Source of the DNA: Bdellovibrionota bacterium
Lineage (GTDB): Bacteria > Bdellovibrionota > FAC87 > UBA2466
DNA: 64,000 nucleotides
Assembly (NCBI GenBank): GCA_041749855.1
Contig: JBGTAN010000026.1
Location: 24,472 to 88,471 of the forward strand
Reading direction: 5' to 3'
The notes under the pieces were generated by a model that was given only the letters and a program-made list of their open reading frames with translations, was not told where the DNA came from and did not search any database. Position numbers and translations under genes: made by a program. Below are positions 18,046 through 27,577 of this stretch, piece by piece; position 1 is the first letter of the stretch, and each line of letters begins with the position of its first letter.

Positions 18046-19071
18046 TTACTCGGAGGCAGGACGCCATCGAAGCCCGAGGTTCACGATGCGCCAAAGCAGA
18101 TCTGAGTAGGAAAGGCCTGCTTTCGCCGCGGATTGTGCAAAATCTTCTTCTTGCCCGATATGGGGATTCGGATTGGCCTCGATGACGTGCACTTTACCGT
18201 CGGGAGTCAAACGCAGATCCATGCGCGCATAGCCGTTGAGTCCTAGGAGCCGATAAACTTTGCGAGACGTTTCGCGAACTTTCGCGGTGAGCTCAGGTGA
18301 CAGTGCCGTGGCGAGACCAGAGTGGATCCCATGCTTTTTCCGATAAGGCCAATTCCATTTCACATTGCGTGTGGCGATGGGCCAGTTCTGCGACTCGGGA
18401 AAGAAAAGCTCCCACGCGGGAAAAGTTTCCGCACGGGTATTTCCCAAAACGCCCACATACAATTCTCGTCCTTCAATGTAGCGCTCGACGATGGCATCCG
18501 TTCCCAAGTGCTCGTGTACAAAATGGACGCGTTCTTCAAGCTTTTCGGAATCGCTCACTATGGATGCTTGAGAGATGCCCAATGAGGACTCTTCATTAAT
18601 GGATTTCACGATGTAGGGGTACTCGAGGCTTGCAGGGACTCGAACAGGTGCGCCTTTGGAGTAGACATCGAAGGGGGGTGTATCGATTCCGTGAAAGGAT
18701 AGGATCTTTTTTGCGAGCGATTTATCACGCGCGATCATGAGGCCGCGGGGGTTACAGCCGGTGTAAGGAATTTTAAGCAGCTCTAAGTAGCTGACAATGT
18801 TTTGGTCGAATGACCCGACCCCATCAAATTCCTCGGTGAGATTGAAGGCGATGTGGGGTTTGAACTCATAGATGGCGCGTCGGACGGCACCCACATCTCC
18901 GGCGATACCAACCGACAGCACTTCATGTCCCATGCTCTTGAGCGTGGAGACCACATCCCATTCCGCCCGCCATTCTGCTTTGTCGAGCTCAGCGGGCGTC
19001 GCCGTGTCCGGCGGAACGAGGGTCGAATGCGTAAGGAGCAGCACTCGCAGTCTGCGGGTTCCGATGGCCAT
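18046..19071 (-). CDS. ATP-grasp enzyme, D-alanine--D-alanine ligase family (non-canonical)
   Basis: The ATP-grasp core is present (PYIVKSINEESSLGI, ERYIEGRELYVGVLG, VIEANPNP). The N-terminus lacks the canonical Ddl GG.S.EHEVS motif. Confidence 0.75.
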   Translation of the reverse strand: MAIGTRRLRVLLLTHSTLVPPDTATPAELDKAEWRAEWDVVSTLKSMGHEVLSVGIAGDVGAVRRAIYEFKPHIAFNLTEEFDGVGSFDQNIVSYLELLKIPYTGCNPRGLMIARDKSLAKKILSFHGIDTPPFDVYSKGAPVRVPASLEYPYIVKSINEESSLGISQASIVSDSEKLEERVHFVHEHLGTDAIVERYIEGRELYVGVLGNTRAETFPAWELFFPESQNWPIATRNVKWNWPYRKKHGIHSGLATALSPELTAKVRETSRKVYRLLGLNGYARMDLRLTPDGKVHVIEANPNPHIGQEEDFAQSAAKAGLSYSDLLWRIVNLGLRWRPASE

Positions 19072-19404
19072 AAAGTGTGTGAGTCCTGACAGTGAAAGGG
19101 GTGAAACTGAGGTATGTCTCTATTTTACGCGCAAAGGCACGTTTGTTCGGCCTGCGGCGCGTCGGGACACAGTAGGCCCACGCACAGAGGTAGACCTCGG
19201 ACACTTAAGACGACGCCGCGGTGTCTCTTAGGGGACTTATAGGAAAAGGCAGAGGACAAATGCGGCGTACAAAAGCGGTTCCAGGATTCTCACCCAGGCC
19301 GATCCTTCGCCTCGTCGCCAGTTCTGAAGACGCATACTCAAACCTCAGAAGAAAGACGCTAATGGCTTCTCCAAAAGGTGTCAAACACGAGCGGTTTGAT
19401 TAGG

Positions 19405-19974
19405 ATGAAGCTCATGGACAAGGTTTTAACTTGGATTCGACGGCTGCAGCAGTTCGCAGACCGACCTTGGTACTTCCCAGTATTGGGCTTGCTTGCCGGA
19501 CTCGACCTTTTTATCTTACTTATTCCAACCGATGCTTTGCTCGTTTCCTCTGTCATGTTGAAGCCTAAGAAGTGGATAGGGGCGGGGGTTTGGGTTTCCT
19601 TAGGATCCGCTCTGGGCGCGGTTCTCTTGGCCTCTCTGATTCAGTGGAACCCCATTCTCGTGTTTGAACAGTGGTTCCCCCATGCGTTTGAAACGGCCGC
19701 GTGGCGATCCATGGATTGGTTCTTCGATGAGTACGGAGGGCGCGCGCTTTTTTTCATCGCTTTGAGTCCGCTGGTTCAGTTCCCCGCTGTAGCCATTGCT
19801 GCTCTATCGGGCATGTCGCTGACGAAGCTTTTCTTCGTGTACCTTCTCGGGCGCCTCATTAAGAGCCTACTCTTTAGCTACGGTGGGTCTCACGGCTCGA
19901 AGCTTCTTTTTCGCCTTCCCATGCTCCGCAAGGATCTTCAGGTTTTGGAGACGCCCACCGATCCGGCTGCCTAA
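19405..19974 (+). CDS. YqaA/DedA-related membrane protein
   Basis: A multi-TM protein. The segment LLAGLDLFILLIPTDALLVS resembles the SNARE-associated/DedA-like family. The start is taken at ATG 19405. Confidence 0.5.
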   Translation: MKLMDKVLTWIRRLQQFADRPWYFPVLGLLAGLDLFILLIPTDALLVSSVMLKPKKWIGAGVWVSLGSALGAVLLASLIQWNPILVFEQWFPHAFETAAWRSMDWFFDEYGGRALFFIALSPLVQFPAVAIAALSGMSLTKLFFVYLLGRLIKSLLFSYGGSHGSKLLFRLPMLRKDLQVLETPTDPAA

Positions 19975-20075
19975 CGCGCCGTGTACATCCGTTACCACTT
20001 ATCGCGGCCCCCGGGTTGCCGAGCTGGTCCGCAATTGCTAGCGTGGCCGTGGGTTCAATCTCTGGGGGTTAAAGA

Positions 20076-22124
20076 ATGCGTCATTTCATCATCATTGCGG
20101 GTCTGCTCTGTCTTACGGTCAAGGCCGACGAAGGCATGTGGGTTTACACGAACCTTCCTAAAGCGCACCTGAAGAGCGCGTATGGCTTTGAGCCTACGCC
20201 CGAGTGGACCGAGCATCTGATGAAGTCTTCGGTGCGTTTCCCTCAGGGTTCCGGATCGTTCATTTCTGCAAATGGACTGGTTCTCACCAATCACCACGTT
20301 GCCATGGATTATCTTCACAAGATTTCGACCGCTTCGCGCAATATTGCGGAAGACGGCTTTCTCGCCACCAGCCAGGCCGCTGAGATTCCAATTACCGATT
20401 TGGAGCTTAATCAGCTGGAAAGCATTGAAGACGTGACCAAGCAGGTGGAAGGCTCCGTGCGAGCTGGCATGACAACCGATGAAGCTACGGCGGCACGTCG
20501 TTCCACCATTGCACTGATTGAGAAGGAATCGAAGGATCAGACCAAATTATTGAGCCAAGTGGTGACCTTGTATCAAGGCGGCCAGTATCACTTGTATCGC
20601 TACAAAGTTTACAAAGATGTACGGCTCGTCTTTGCGCCAGAATTTCGCATCGCCTTCTTTGGCGGCGACCCCGATAACTTTGAATTCCCGCGCTACAATT
20701 TAGATATGACCGTTGTGCGGGCTTATGAAAATGGCAAGCCGGCTGCAATCAAGCACTATCTGAAATGGTCGACCGAAGGCGCGAAGGCCGATGAATTGGT
20801 GTTTGTCTCTGGTCATCCTGGAAAAACGAACCGACTCTATACGGTCGATGCCCTTCGCTTCATGCGCGATGTACGCATTAAGTACGTTTTAGATCTGCTG
20901 CGTCGTCGAGAAATTGCGTTGTTGCTCTACGGTTCGACGGGTGCAGAAGCAAAACGCCACTCACAGGATGAACTTTTTGCCATTCAGAACTCCCGTAAAG
21001 TTTATCTGGGGCAGCTAAAAGGCTTGCAGAGCAATGAGATCTTTGCGCAGAAGCAATCAGAAGAATTGGAGCTACGTGCCCAAGTGGCGGCCGATGAGAA
21101 TTTGCGGCACTTAGGGGACGCGTGGAGCGAAGTCTCTAAAGCCCAAAAGGCACATAATAAAATTCTGGTGAAGCGTGGCCTTTTGGAGCAAATGCATGCC
21201 TTCAATTCACAGTACTTCATGATGGCTCGCACCCTCGTTCGTCTTGCGGACGAGAAGCAAAAGCCTAATGGCGACCGACTCTTTGAGTATCAAGACGGTG
21301 GACGAGAGGTGTTGGAGTCGACGCTTTTTTCGCCGGCACCGATTTACGAGGATTTGGAAGTCGCAAAACTGAGCGAATCGTTGTCGTTGTTAGCTGAAAC
21401 CTATGGTTACAACCATCCGCTCGTTCAGAAAGTCCTGAATGGAAAAGATCCGCAAACCGTCGCTGAGCAAGCCGTTGCCGGGACGAAGCTCGGCAGTGTC
21501 GCTATTCGCAAACTGCTGGCGGGATCGAGCCCAGCGGAGCTGCGTCAGAGCCACGACCCCTTTATTCAAATGGCGCTCGCTGTGGAGAAGCAGGCTCGCT
21601 CCGTGCGTGCGCAGTATGACGCCATTGTGGAAACGGAACTTCAGGCCTACTCGCGGATTTCCCAAGCGCTCTTTGCTGTGAAGGGCACCAGTGTCTATCC
21701 CGATGCGACTTTCACTTTGCGACTGGCCTATGGCTCAGTGAAGGGCTATCGGACGGGCGGCGCCGATGTTGCGCCAATGACGACACTCGGAGGGGCCTTC
21801 GACCATGAGAAAGCACATGGCGCAGTCGATCCGTGGTTATTACCGGAGAGCTGGCACAAAGCGAAAGCGAACTTGGATCTCACGGTTCCGTTCAACTTCG
21901 TTTCGACGGCGGACATCATTGGCGGCAACTCAGGCAGTCCCGTTGTGAATCGAGACGGCGAGCTAGTGGGCCTCATTTTCGACGGCAATATCCAGTCACT
22001 TACATCGAGCTACGTGTACGACGACGACGTCTCGCGATCCGTGTCGGTACATAGCGCTGGGATCATGGAAGTGCTGAAGAATGTTTATCACGCCGCTGAC
22101 CTCGTGAAAGAGCTGGGTCAGTAA
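20076..22124 (+). CDS. S46 family dipeptidyl-peptidase
   Basis: Signal peptide followed by ADEGMW, the catalytic His region LTNHHVA, and the catalytic Ser GGNSGSPVVN. Confidence 0.85.
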   Translation: MRHFIIIAGLLCLTVKADEGMWVYTNLPKAHLKSAYGFEPTPEWTEHLMKSSVRFPQGSGSFISANGLVLTNHHVAMDYLHKISTASRNIAEDGFLATSQAAEIPITDLELNQLESIEDVTKQVEGSVRAGMTTDEATAARRSTIALIEKESKDQTKLLSQVVTLYQGGQYHLYRYKVYKDVRLVFAPEFRIAFFGGDPDNFEFPRYNLDMTVVRAYENGKPAAIKHYLKWSTEGAKADELVFVSGHPGKTNRLYTVDALRFMRDVRIKYVLDLLRRREIALLLYGSTGAEAKRHSQDELFAIQNSRKVYLGQLKGLQSNEIFAQKQSEELELRAQVAADENLRHLGDAWSEVSKAQKAHNKILVKRGLLEQMHAFNSQYFMMARTLVRLADEKQKPNGDRLFEYQDGGREVLESTLFSPAPIYEDLEVAKLSESLSLLAETYGYNHPLVQKVLNGKDPQTVAEQAVAGTKLGSVAIRKLLAGSSPAELRQSHDPFIQMALAVEKQARSVRAQYDAIVETELQAYSRISQALFAVKGTSVYPDATFTLRLAYGSVKGYRTGGADVAPMTTLGGAFDHEKAHGAVDPWLLPESWHKAKANLDLTVPFNFVSTADIIGGNSGSPVVNRDGELVGLIFDGNIQSLTSSYVYDDDVSRSVSVHSAGIMEVLKNVYHAADLVKELGQ

Positions 22125-22154
22125 CGAACTTTTTGCAAGGAGTCTCCGCTTTGC

Positions 22155-22766
22155 TTACTGAGCGGGGACTCCGAGCAGCGATAGTTGCACTTGCTCTAAG
22201 GGCTGTGAGAAGTAATCTTCCAAGGGTTCCACAATCAACGGCTTGGCTTCATTCGCGAGCTGCTTCCCCCGTCTTTCTGCTGCTGATAGAGCCTTCCACC
22301 CGAATGGCTTCAGCAAGCGATAGCCGAATCTGCCGAGATGGTAGGCGCGATTCAAGTTCTGGTTGTACTTCTGCTCATAGATGAAGGCGTAAACGCCGAG
22401 TTCACCTGCCAACGAGGTATCAAAACCCAGCACCGTGTGGACCATGTCGTGGATACGGATGTAGCGAGTCATTACAGGATTGCGATCCAGCAGGTCTTGA
22501 TAATTTCCGGAGAAATTGAAAGGTGTGAGCCGGTTGCGGGTCAGAAATTCCCCGTACTCTCTCCCGAAGGTGCCAGCGGGGAGGGACATTAGTACTGCGG
22601 TCGATAGGGGTTTGAGGTTGTAAGCATTCAGGCGTCTGGTGGATTCAACGTAGGCGGGGTTCTCAGGGCTTTGAACCATGGCCGATTTCAGTGCGGCCGC
22701 ATCCCCGATAAACTCCCCTTTGCGCAAAGTACGAATTGCTTCCCGGAGCATTTGGAATTTGGTCAT
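22155..22766 (-). CDS. Coq4 family protein
   Basis: HDMVHTVLGFDTSLAGE matches the HDxxH-x11-E metal-ligand motif characteristic of Coq4 (motif codons 22401-22451). Confidence 0.65.
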   Translation of the reverse strand: MTKFQMLREAIRTLRKGEFIGDAAALKSAMVQSPENPAYVESTRRLNAYNLKPLSTAVLMSLPAGTFGREYGEFLTRNRLTPFNFSGNYQDLLDRNPVMTRYIRIHDMVHTVLGFDTSLAGELGVYAFIYEQKYNQNLNRAYHLGRFGYRLLKPFGWKALSAAERRGKQLANEAKPLIVEPLEDYFSQPLEQVQLSLLGVPAQ

Positions 22767-22807
22767 GTCTCAATTCTATCGTAGAATTTTATGAATTTGG
22801 GGGTCTC

Positions 22808-23203
22808 ATGTTTCTAGATTTAGGTTTGCTTCTTTTAAGAGTCGGTGCGGGCGGTATCATGTTGCTCGCACACGGAATGGGTAAACTCACCAACTACTCG
22901 GTGATGAGCGCTCAGTTTCCAGATCCCTTGGGGCTCGGCCCGACGTTTACTTTGCTGGTGGCCATCTTTGCCGAAGTGTTCTGCGCTTTTCTCGTCATCA
23001 TTGGGCTTTCGACTCGGTGGGCAGCGCTTCCTATCGTGGGAACGATGCTGGCTGCAGGCTTTTTGCAGCATGCGCGAGATGCCTGGCAAGTAAAGGAGCT
23101 TGCGTTCGTCTATCTCATCGTTTTTGGCGCGATTGCTTTGACGGGGCCCGGAGCGTTCTCACTGGACGGCATGATTCGTATGCGTCGTTCGAGCCGACCT
23201 TAG
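22808..23203 (+). CDS. DoxX family membrane protein
   Basis: The N-terminus FLDLGLLLLRVGAGGIMLLAHGMGKL and four hydrophobic segments are typical of DoxX. Confidence 0.75.
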   Translation: MFLDLGLLLLRVGAGGIMLLAHGMGKLTNYSVMSAQFPDPLGLGPTFTLLVAIFAEVFCAFLVIIGLSTRWAALPIVGTMLAAGFLQHARDAWQVKELAFVYLIVFGAIALTGPGAFSLDGMIRMRRSSRP

Positions 23204-24225
23204 TTCAGCGAATCGGCAAGGGTGATGGATTCGAGCATCAAGCGTTTGAGCGTGATGCCGACTTCGAAGAACCCCTCGGGATTCAAGGGAACGTGGCCGC
23301 CTGTCATCGCATGGGTCAGTCGATAGCCATCGGATTCAAACGTGAATGCTCCGCGAGAGCCGAGCCGTGCGGCCATACGTTCCATCAGGTAATAGGCACG
23401 GCTCTCCAAAAAGGCGAGGTAGAGTTCCATAGACACGAGATGGGGCATCCAATCACCGCTAAGGTGCGCCGCTCGCAACTCCTCCAATTCCTCAGTCGAA
23501 AACTCCTCGGCAAAACGGGGTTGGGATAGTTCTTCGAGGGAGACTGTCCGGGAGTAACGGGCGAACAAAGTGTTTGGTGCCTGGGTCCCCCGTCGCTTGA
23601 GTTTCAACTCTGCCGTTACCCAACGCGAAAAGAATACCGAATCGACATGGTGGAGTCCTTCATGCGCAGCCGTAAATAGACTCAGCGGAAGGGTACTATC
23701 TTGCTGGGCGCCTGTTCGAACGAAAATGATACTTGGCCCGAAGTCCCCTGCCTCCCCCAGCTTTTTAGCAAGTAAAGAGGCTGGCATTTTCTGCGGGCCA
23801 TGGCGCAAATCCTCAAGCACATACTCTGGGTGGCTATTCACGCCACGGTAGATCCCCCGGGTGGATGAGTGAAGGTCTTGCTTCCAGCTTGCGACCGGAT
23901 CCAGGACGCAAAGGAACAGGTCCTTTCTTTTATCGGCAAGCCGCATCCCTTCAAAAGCTTCTTTCAAGATAGGCTCCCTTGAGTCTTCGGCCCAGTTACT
24001 TGAAAGGAGTCGAGCAGCAGCTGTCTGGCCCGCGCGATCCAAAGCGTGATGGAGGGTCGAGGGTGAGGTGATGTAGACGGTTCCGCCCTCTACTACGTCG
24101 TTAATATGGTGGGTGAGCAGTTCGGAGCAGCGCCGATCCAACGCCGTTATGTCGGAAACGGTCGCTTCTTTCCCTATCGCCTCAAAGGCGAAGAACAGCG
24201 CGAGAAATTGGAAAAGCCAGCCCAT
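23200..24225 (-). CDS. secreted hypothetical protein with HExxH motif
   Basis: Signal-like N-terminus MGWLFQFLALFFAFEAIG. HEGLHH lies at codons 23647-23664. No family was recognised. Confidence 0.55.
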   Translation of the reverse strand: MGWLFQFLALFFAFEAIGKEATVSDITALDRRCSELLTHHINDVVEGGTVYITSPSTLHHALDRAGQTAAARLLSSNWAEDSREPILKEAFEGMRLADKRKDLFLCVLDPVASWKQDLHSSTRGIYRGVNSHPEYVLEDLRHGPQKMPASLLAKKLGEAGDFGPSIIFVRTGAQQDSTLPLSLFTAAHEGLHHVDSVFFSRWVTAELKLKRRGTQAPNTLFARYSRTVSLEELSQPRFAEEFSTEELEELRAAHLSGDWMPHLVSMELYLAFLESRAYYLMERMAARLGSRGAFTFESDGYRLTHAMTGGHVPLNPEGFFEVGITLKRLMLESITLADSLN

Positions 24226-24277
24226 CCTTTAGCTATATTTAAATGGCTGGCAGATAGCCAGGTGAAACTATTGAGTT

Positions 24278-24303
24278 ACGCACTGATCCTGGGATCAGTG
24301 CGT
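24278..24303 (-). terminator. 11-bp stem hairpin between two co-oriented genes
   Basis: ACGCACTGATC-CTGG-GATCAGTGCGT, read directly. There is no clear T-tract, so it may be a processing or REP-like element rather than an intrinsic terminator. Confidence 0.35.
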
Positions 24304-24315
24304 GCCAGAAATCGA

Positions 24316-25809
24316 TTACCAGACAAAATGGGTCGTGGTGCAGCTTCCGGTGTGGCCGTAAGCATCTTTAAGATTGAACTTCACTTCGTAGGTTCCCGAG
24401 AACGGGATCTTGAGTCCAGCGGTATCTGCATCTACCCAGTAACCATCGTACGTGGTGAAGAGGCTGCCGTTGCGTTTCAATTCAAGCGTTTCAACCCATT
24501 TCGCGCCTTGGCCACCCGAAATAGCTGCCGAAGCGAAGAACCATTCGTACTGGTACGACGGATTTAACGAAGTGGAACCGCTGCAAGTCAGCGGGGCAAC
24601 GGGATTTGCCGCGATTTCAACCGTGTCGGAGAGCGCTGCGCCGTTATTGCACAAGGCCGATCCGCCGGCCGCCTTAGCGGTCATAAACACCGTCTTGATA
24701 CCAGGGACGCTGTATTTCACCGTGCGAGAGCTGTTGGTTTGAGACTGAACCACTCCGTCACTATGAGTCGAGAAGAAAGTGATTTCGAGCGGCGTACCGT
24801 TGGTTGCTGTGACCGTGAAGGGCACGGCATCCGCGACATACAAAACGCCAGCTGGGTGCGTGATGTTACAAGCAAGGCTTGCAGGAGCAACAAAGCTCAG
24901 GCTCAACGTGTGCTGAGCTACTTGGCTTCCCGCAGTTGCGGTAACCACGACATCAAATGCGGATTGAGTGGTAGCTGATGTCACTTGAGCGACGTTTCCG
25001 CTCCAAGTGATGCTGACACCTCCGCGAGCGGTAGTGAAAGTATAAGTAGGCGCCGTCGAGAAACCATTGGGCGTTGCGGTCAGCGTGATCGTAGACCCTG
25101 CAATCACCGAAGTGGCGGGGCTAGCCACCATGACGACAGAAGCAGCAGCTGCCACGTTTACCTGCGTGGAGCAAACAATCTGGTGGGCAGCGTTGTCGTT
25201 TAAGACCATCGAAGCAGTCCGCAATCCGCTGCTGACATACTTTGCTGTGGCATTGGCCTGGCTACCCGCGAAAACGAGTGGCGATACGACGATGCCACCC
25301 GTTCCAGGCGTGTACTGGCTAAAAGTGTAGGGAGCCGTTCCACCGGAAGCGGTTGCCGTCATCGTGACGTTTTGGTCAACCAAGGCGTTGGAAGGCGATG
25401 CAACCATGTTACAAGCGAGGTTCGAAGGAGGAACCACGCCCGCTGGGTTCACAGAGACTAAGAAGTTGCACTGACTGACCAGTCCGATCGCATCCTTCAC
25501 GGTGACCGTATCGACCACGAGGATGGGAGCGTTGGTGTCATTCGTATAAGTGCGAGCTAAAACCGTGGAAGCATCGAAAGTCAGCGCGGTATCTACGATT
25601 TGGTAAGGCGCTGTACCGTCTTTTGCGATGACGTTCACCGGAGTGGACTCACCCGAAATGGCGAAACCGCCCGTTTCCGGCGCGAGCGCGGCGGAGCAAG
25701 ACATCAGTTTAATTTCGGGGAGCTTTACATCCGGGACCTCAACCTTTACCGCGCATGCTGAGAGAGCCAAAGCCATCGATGCTAGTACCAACTGATTCAT
25801 GCGCAACAT
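24316..25809 (-). CDS. lipoprotein with repeated Ig-like (PKD-like) modules
   Basis: Lipobox LALSAC. Recurring GTAPY modules (KDGTAPYQIV, SGGTAPYTFS) and a Thr/Val/Ala-rich beta-strand composition. Confidence 0.65.
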   Translation of the reverse strand: MLRMNQLVLASMALALSACAVKVEVPDVKLPEIKLMSCSAALAPETGGFAISGESTPVNVIAKDGTAPYQIVDTALTFDASTVLARTYTNDTNAPILVVDTVTVKDAIGLVSQCNFLVSVNPAGVVPPSNLACNMVASPSNALVDQNVTMTATASGGTAPYTFSQYTPGTGGIVVSPLVFAGSQANATAKYVSSGLRTASMVLNDNAAHQIVCSTQVNVAAAASVVMVASPATSVIAGSTITLTATPNGFSTAPTYTFTTARGGVSITWSGNVAQVTSATTQSAFDVVVTATAGSQVAQHTLSLSFVAPASLACNITHPAGVLYVADAVPFTVTATNGTPLEITFFSTHSDGVVQSQTNSSRTVKYSVPGIKTVFMTAKAAGGSALCNNGAALSDTVEIAANPVAPLTCSGSTSLNPSYQYEWFFASAAISGGQGAKWVETLELKRNGSLFTTYDGYWVDADTAGLKIPFSGTYEVKFNLKDAYGHTGSCTTTHFVW

Positions 25810-26106
25810 TCGAAACTCCTCCGAGAACCATCTAAAAAAAACCGCCGCTAATGGAGCGGACTGGTGTTGTGCGGAGAGAAATGCAAGCGTTGCGCCGCAG
25901 GCTTGAATACAGGCCGTATACTCAAAACCCTCAATTTCTTACTCATGGCCTAACAGAATACAGCCGGGCGATATCGACTAGGCAACTCGTCCACTCGCCG
26001 TGGACACTGTCTATCTTCAGATCTCCTTGAAAGGGGTCAGTCGCCTTTCAAGGAAACTTTCAAGGAAGGGGGTGTCATTTTGACGCCAAAAGTAGACGGG
26101 CACCTT

Positions 26107-27339
26107 TTAGGCGGCGATGGAGCGGTTGCGGCCGCGTTCTTTGGCTTTGTAGAGGGCTTTGTCGGCAGCGATGATGACATGCTCGGGGCGTTGGTTGGTG
26201 TCAGTGGGATCTGCCACACCGATACTCACCGTGACCTGCACTTTGGTGGCGCGTGCATCGCCGGTTTTACGGTCGTGCTTCGTGGTGCGTGTGCGTGCTT
26301 TATTCGAAGAGCGGATATAGAAGTCCTTGAGAGCGAGCTGCTCTCGCAACCCCTCGACGATTTGAAGCGCTTGAACGGCGTTGATGTCCTGAAAGATAAT
26401 ACAAAGCTCTTCACCGCCGTAGCGATAGACTTCTCCTTGGGGAACACGCGAGAAGTGTTTAGCAACAAAGCGCAAAACACTGTCGCCTTGTTCGTGCCCA
26501 AAGGCGTCGTTGAACTTTTTGAAGTGGTCGATATCAATCATCGCAACGGTGTAGTGGTGACGTAAAACACTCATGCGTTCGTTCAGCGCACGGCGATTAG
26601 GAATACCCGTCAATTCGTCGAGGTACACCTTCTGCCAGTAGAGGTAGAAATTTGCATAAACGAGCACGGCTGCCGACGAGATAAAGCTCAAAGACACTTC
26701 CAATTGATACGATTGCAGTGTGCGAAACCGCATCCCGGTGCGTTCAAACATGTAGTAGAGCGGCACCAGACTCACGGCCAGATAAAAGCGGAACACGCGC
26801 AAGTAGCGATCTTCGGTTTGATGTCCCAACGCACCGAAGAGCATCCCCAAAAAGATACCGAAGTTCGGCAAGTGCGCAAAGAAAACGCCTTCGGTCAGTC
26901 GCCCTTGAAAGAGCCATGACAATAGCGCGCTTTCGCCGAACAAGTGCGAAGCAAGCAGCGGGGAGAGTGCAAGCGCTAACCAACCCATCGCTTCGGATCC
27001 CCGCAAGCGCGCTTCACTCAGCGAGAATGAAATGAACAACATCGCAGGGAGAGCGATGCTTAAAATCTGGCCTTTCGCGGATCGAAGGTGGGGGCCCAAG
27101 AATTCTGGGAGTTCGAAACAGAGGTAAGCGCAGGCGACACCGATGACGATCGATGCGAACAGAATCCGACGTTGATTGAGCTTCTCACCCAAAAACCCTA
27201 CGAGGATCAAAATCAAGTACGGCAACGTGAACGCGAGATCGTAAAGCGCGACGCGCTTGTTCTCTACAGACAACAAGACAAACGGCATCGTCGCTAAAAA
27301 CAAGGTAATGAGCACACTAGGAAGCAGGCGACGTGACAT
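26107..27339 (-). CDS. membrane-anchored diguanylate cyclase (GGDEF domain)
   Basis: N-terminal multi-TM region. The C-terminal domain has the RYGGEEL active-site variant and DIDHFKKFND. Confidence 0.85.
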   Translation of the reverse strand: MSRRLLPSVLITLFLATMPFVLLSVENKRVALYDLAFTLPYLILILVGFLGEKLNQRRILFASIVIGVACAYLCFELPEFLGPHLRSAKGQILSIALPAMLFISFSLSEARLRGSEAMGWLALALSPLLASHLFGESALLSWLFQGRLTEGVFFAHLPNFGIFLGMLFGALGHQTEDRYLRVFRFYLAVSLVPLYYMFERTGMRFRTLQSYQLEVSLSFISSAAVLVYANFYLYWQKVYLDELTGIPNRRALNERMSVLRHHYTVAMIDIDHFKKFNDAFGHEQGDSVLRFVAKHFSRVPQGEVYRYGGEELCIIFQDINAVQALQIVEGLREQLALKDFYIRSSNKARTRTTKHDRKTGDARATKVQVTVSIGVADPTDTNQRPEHVIIAADKALYKAKERGRNRSIAA

Positions 27340-27577
27340 ATCCCTTTGTATTTCGGCACCTATTCACGTTTTGCCGAGGGGTTTATGCGGGTGACACGCT
27401 AGTGACAGTAAAAGCACAGTAACTACCGATAGTTAGGACGCAATGAGGCAGGGGTGTCAGGGTGTAAACAGAGCAAGAATACACCCGCCTAAACACAAAA
27501 TTTCCGTGAATGGATACGCGCACTTAAACAGTCTTCACAATTGCTTATTGGCTCAGGCCCTGCAGTCTAAAGCCTTG

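Noticed and set aside
20040-20075. GTGGGTTCAATCTCTGGGGG upstream of the S46 peptidase gene, which resembles a tRNA T-arm.
   Set aside because: The flanking bases cannot form the T stem (GTGGG versus TCTGG) or an acceptor stem.
22139-22172. An 11-bp stem hairpin (GGAGTCTCCGC / GCGGGGACTCC) between the convergent S46 and coq4-like genes.
   Set aside because: There is no T-tract on either strand, and the right arm lies inside the coq4-like coding sequence. It may still act as a bidirectional terminator, but the support is weak.
25834-25859. An A8 run plus a short CCGCT/AGCGG hairpin upstream of the Ig-repeat lipoprotein gene. On the minus strand this would be a terminator-like T8 tail.
   Set aside because: The stem is only 5 bp, which is too weak to call without transcript data.
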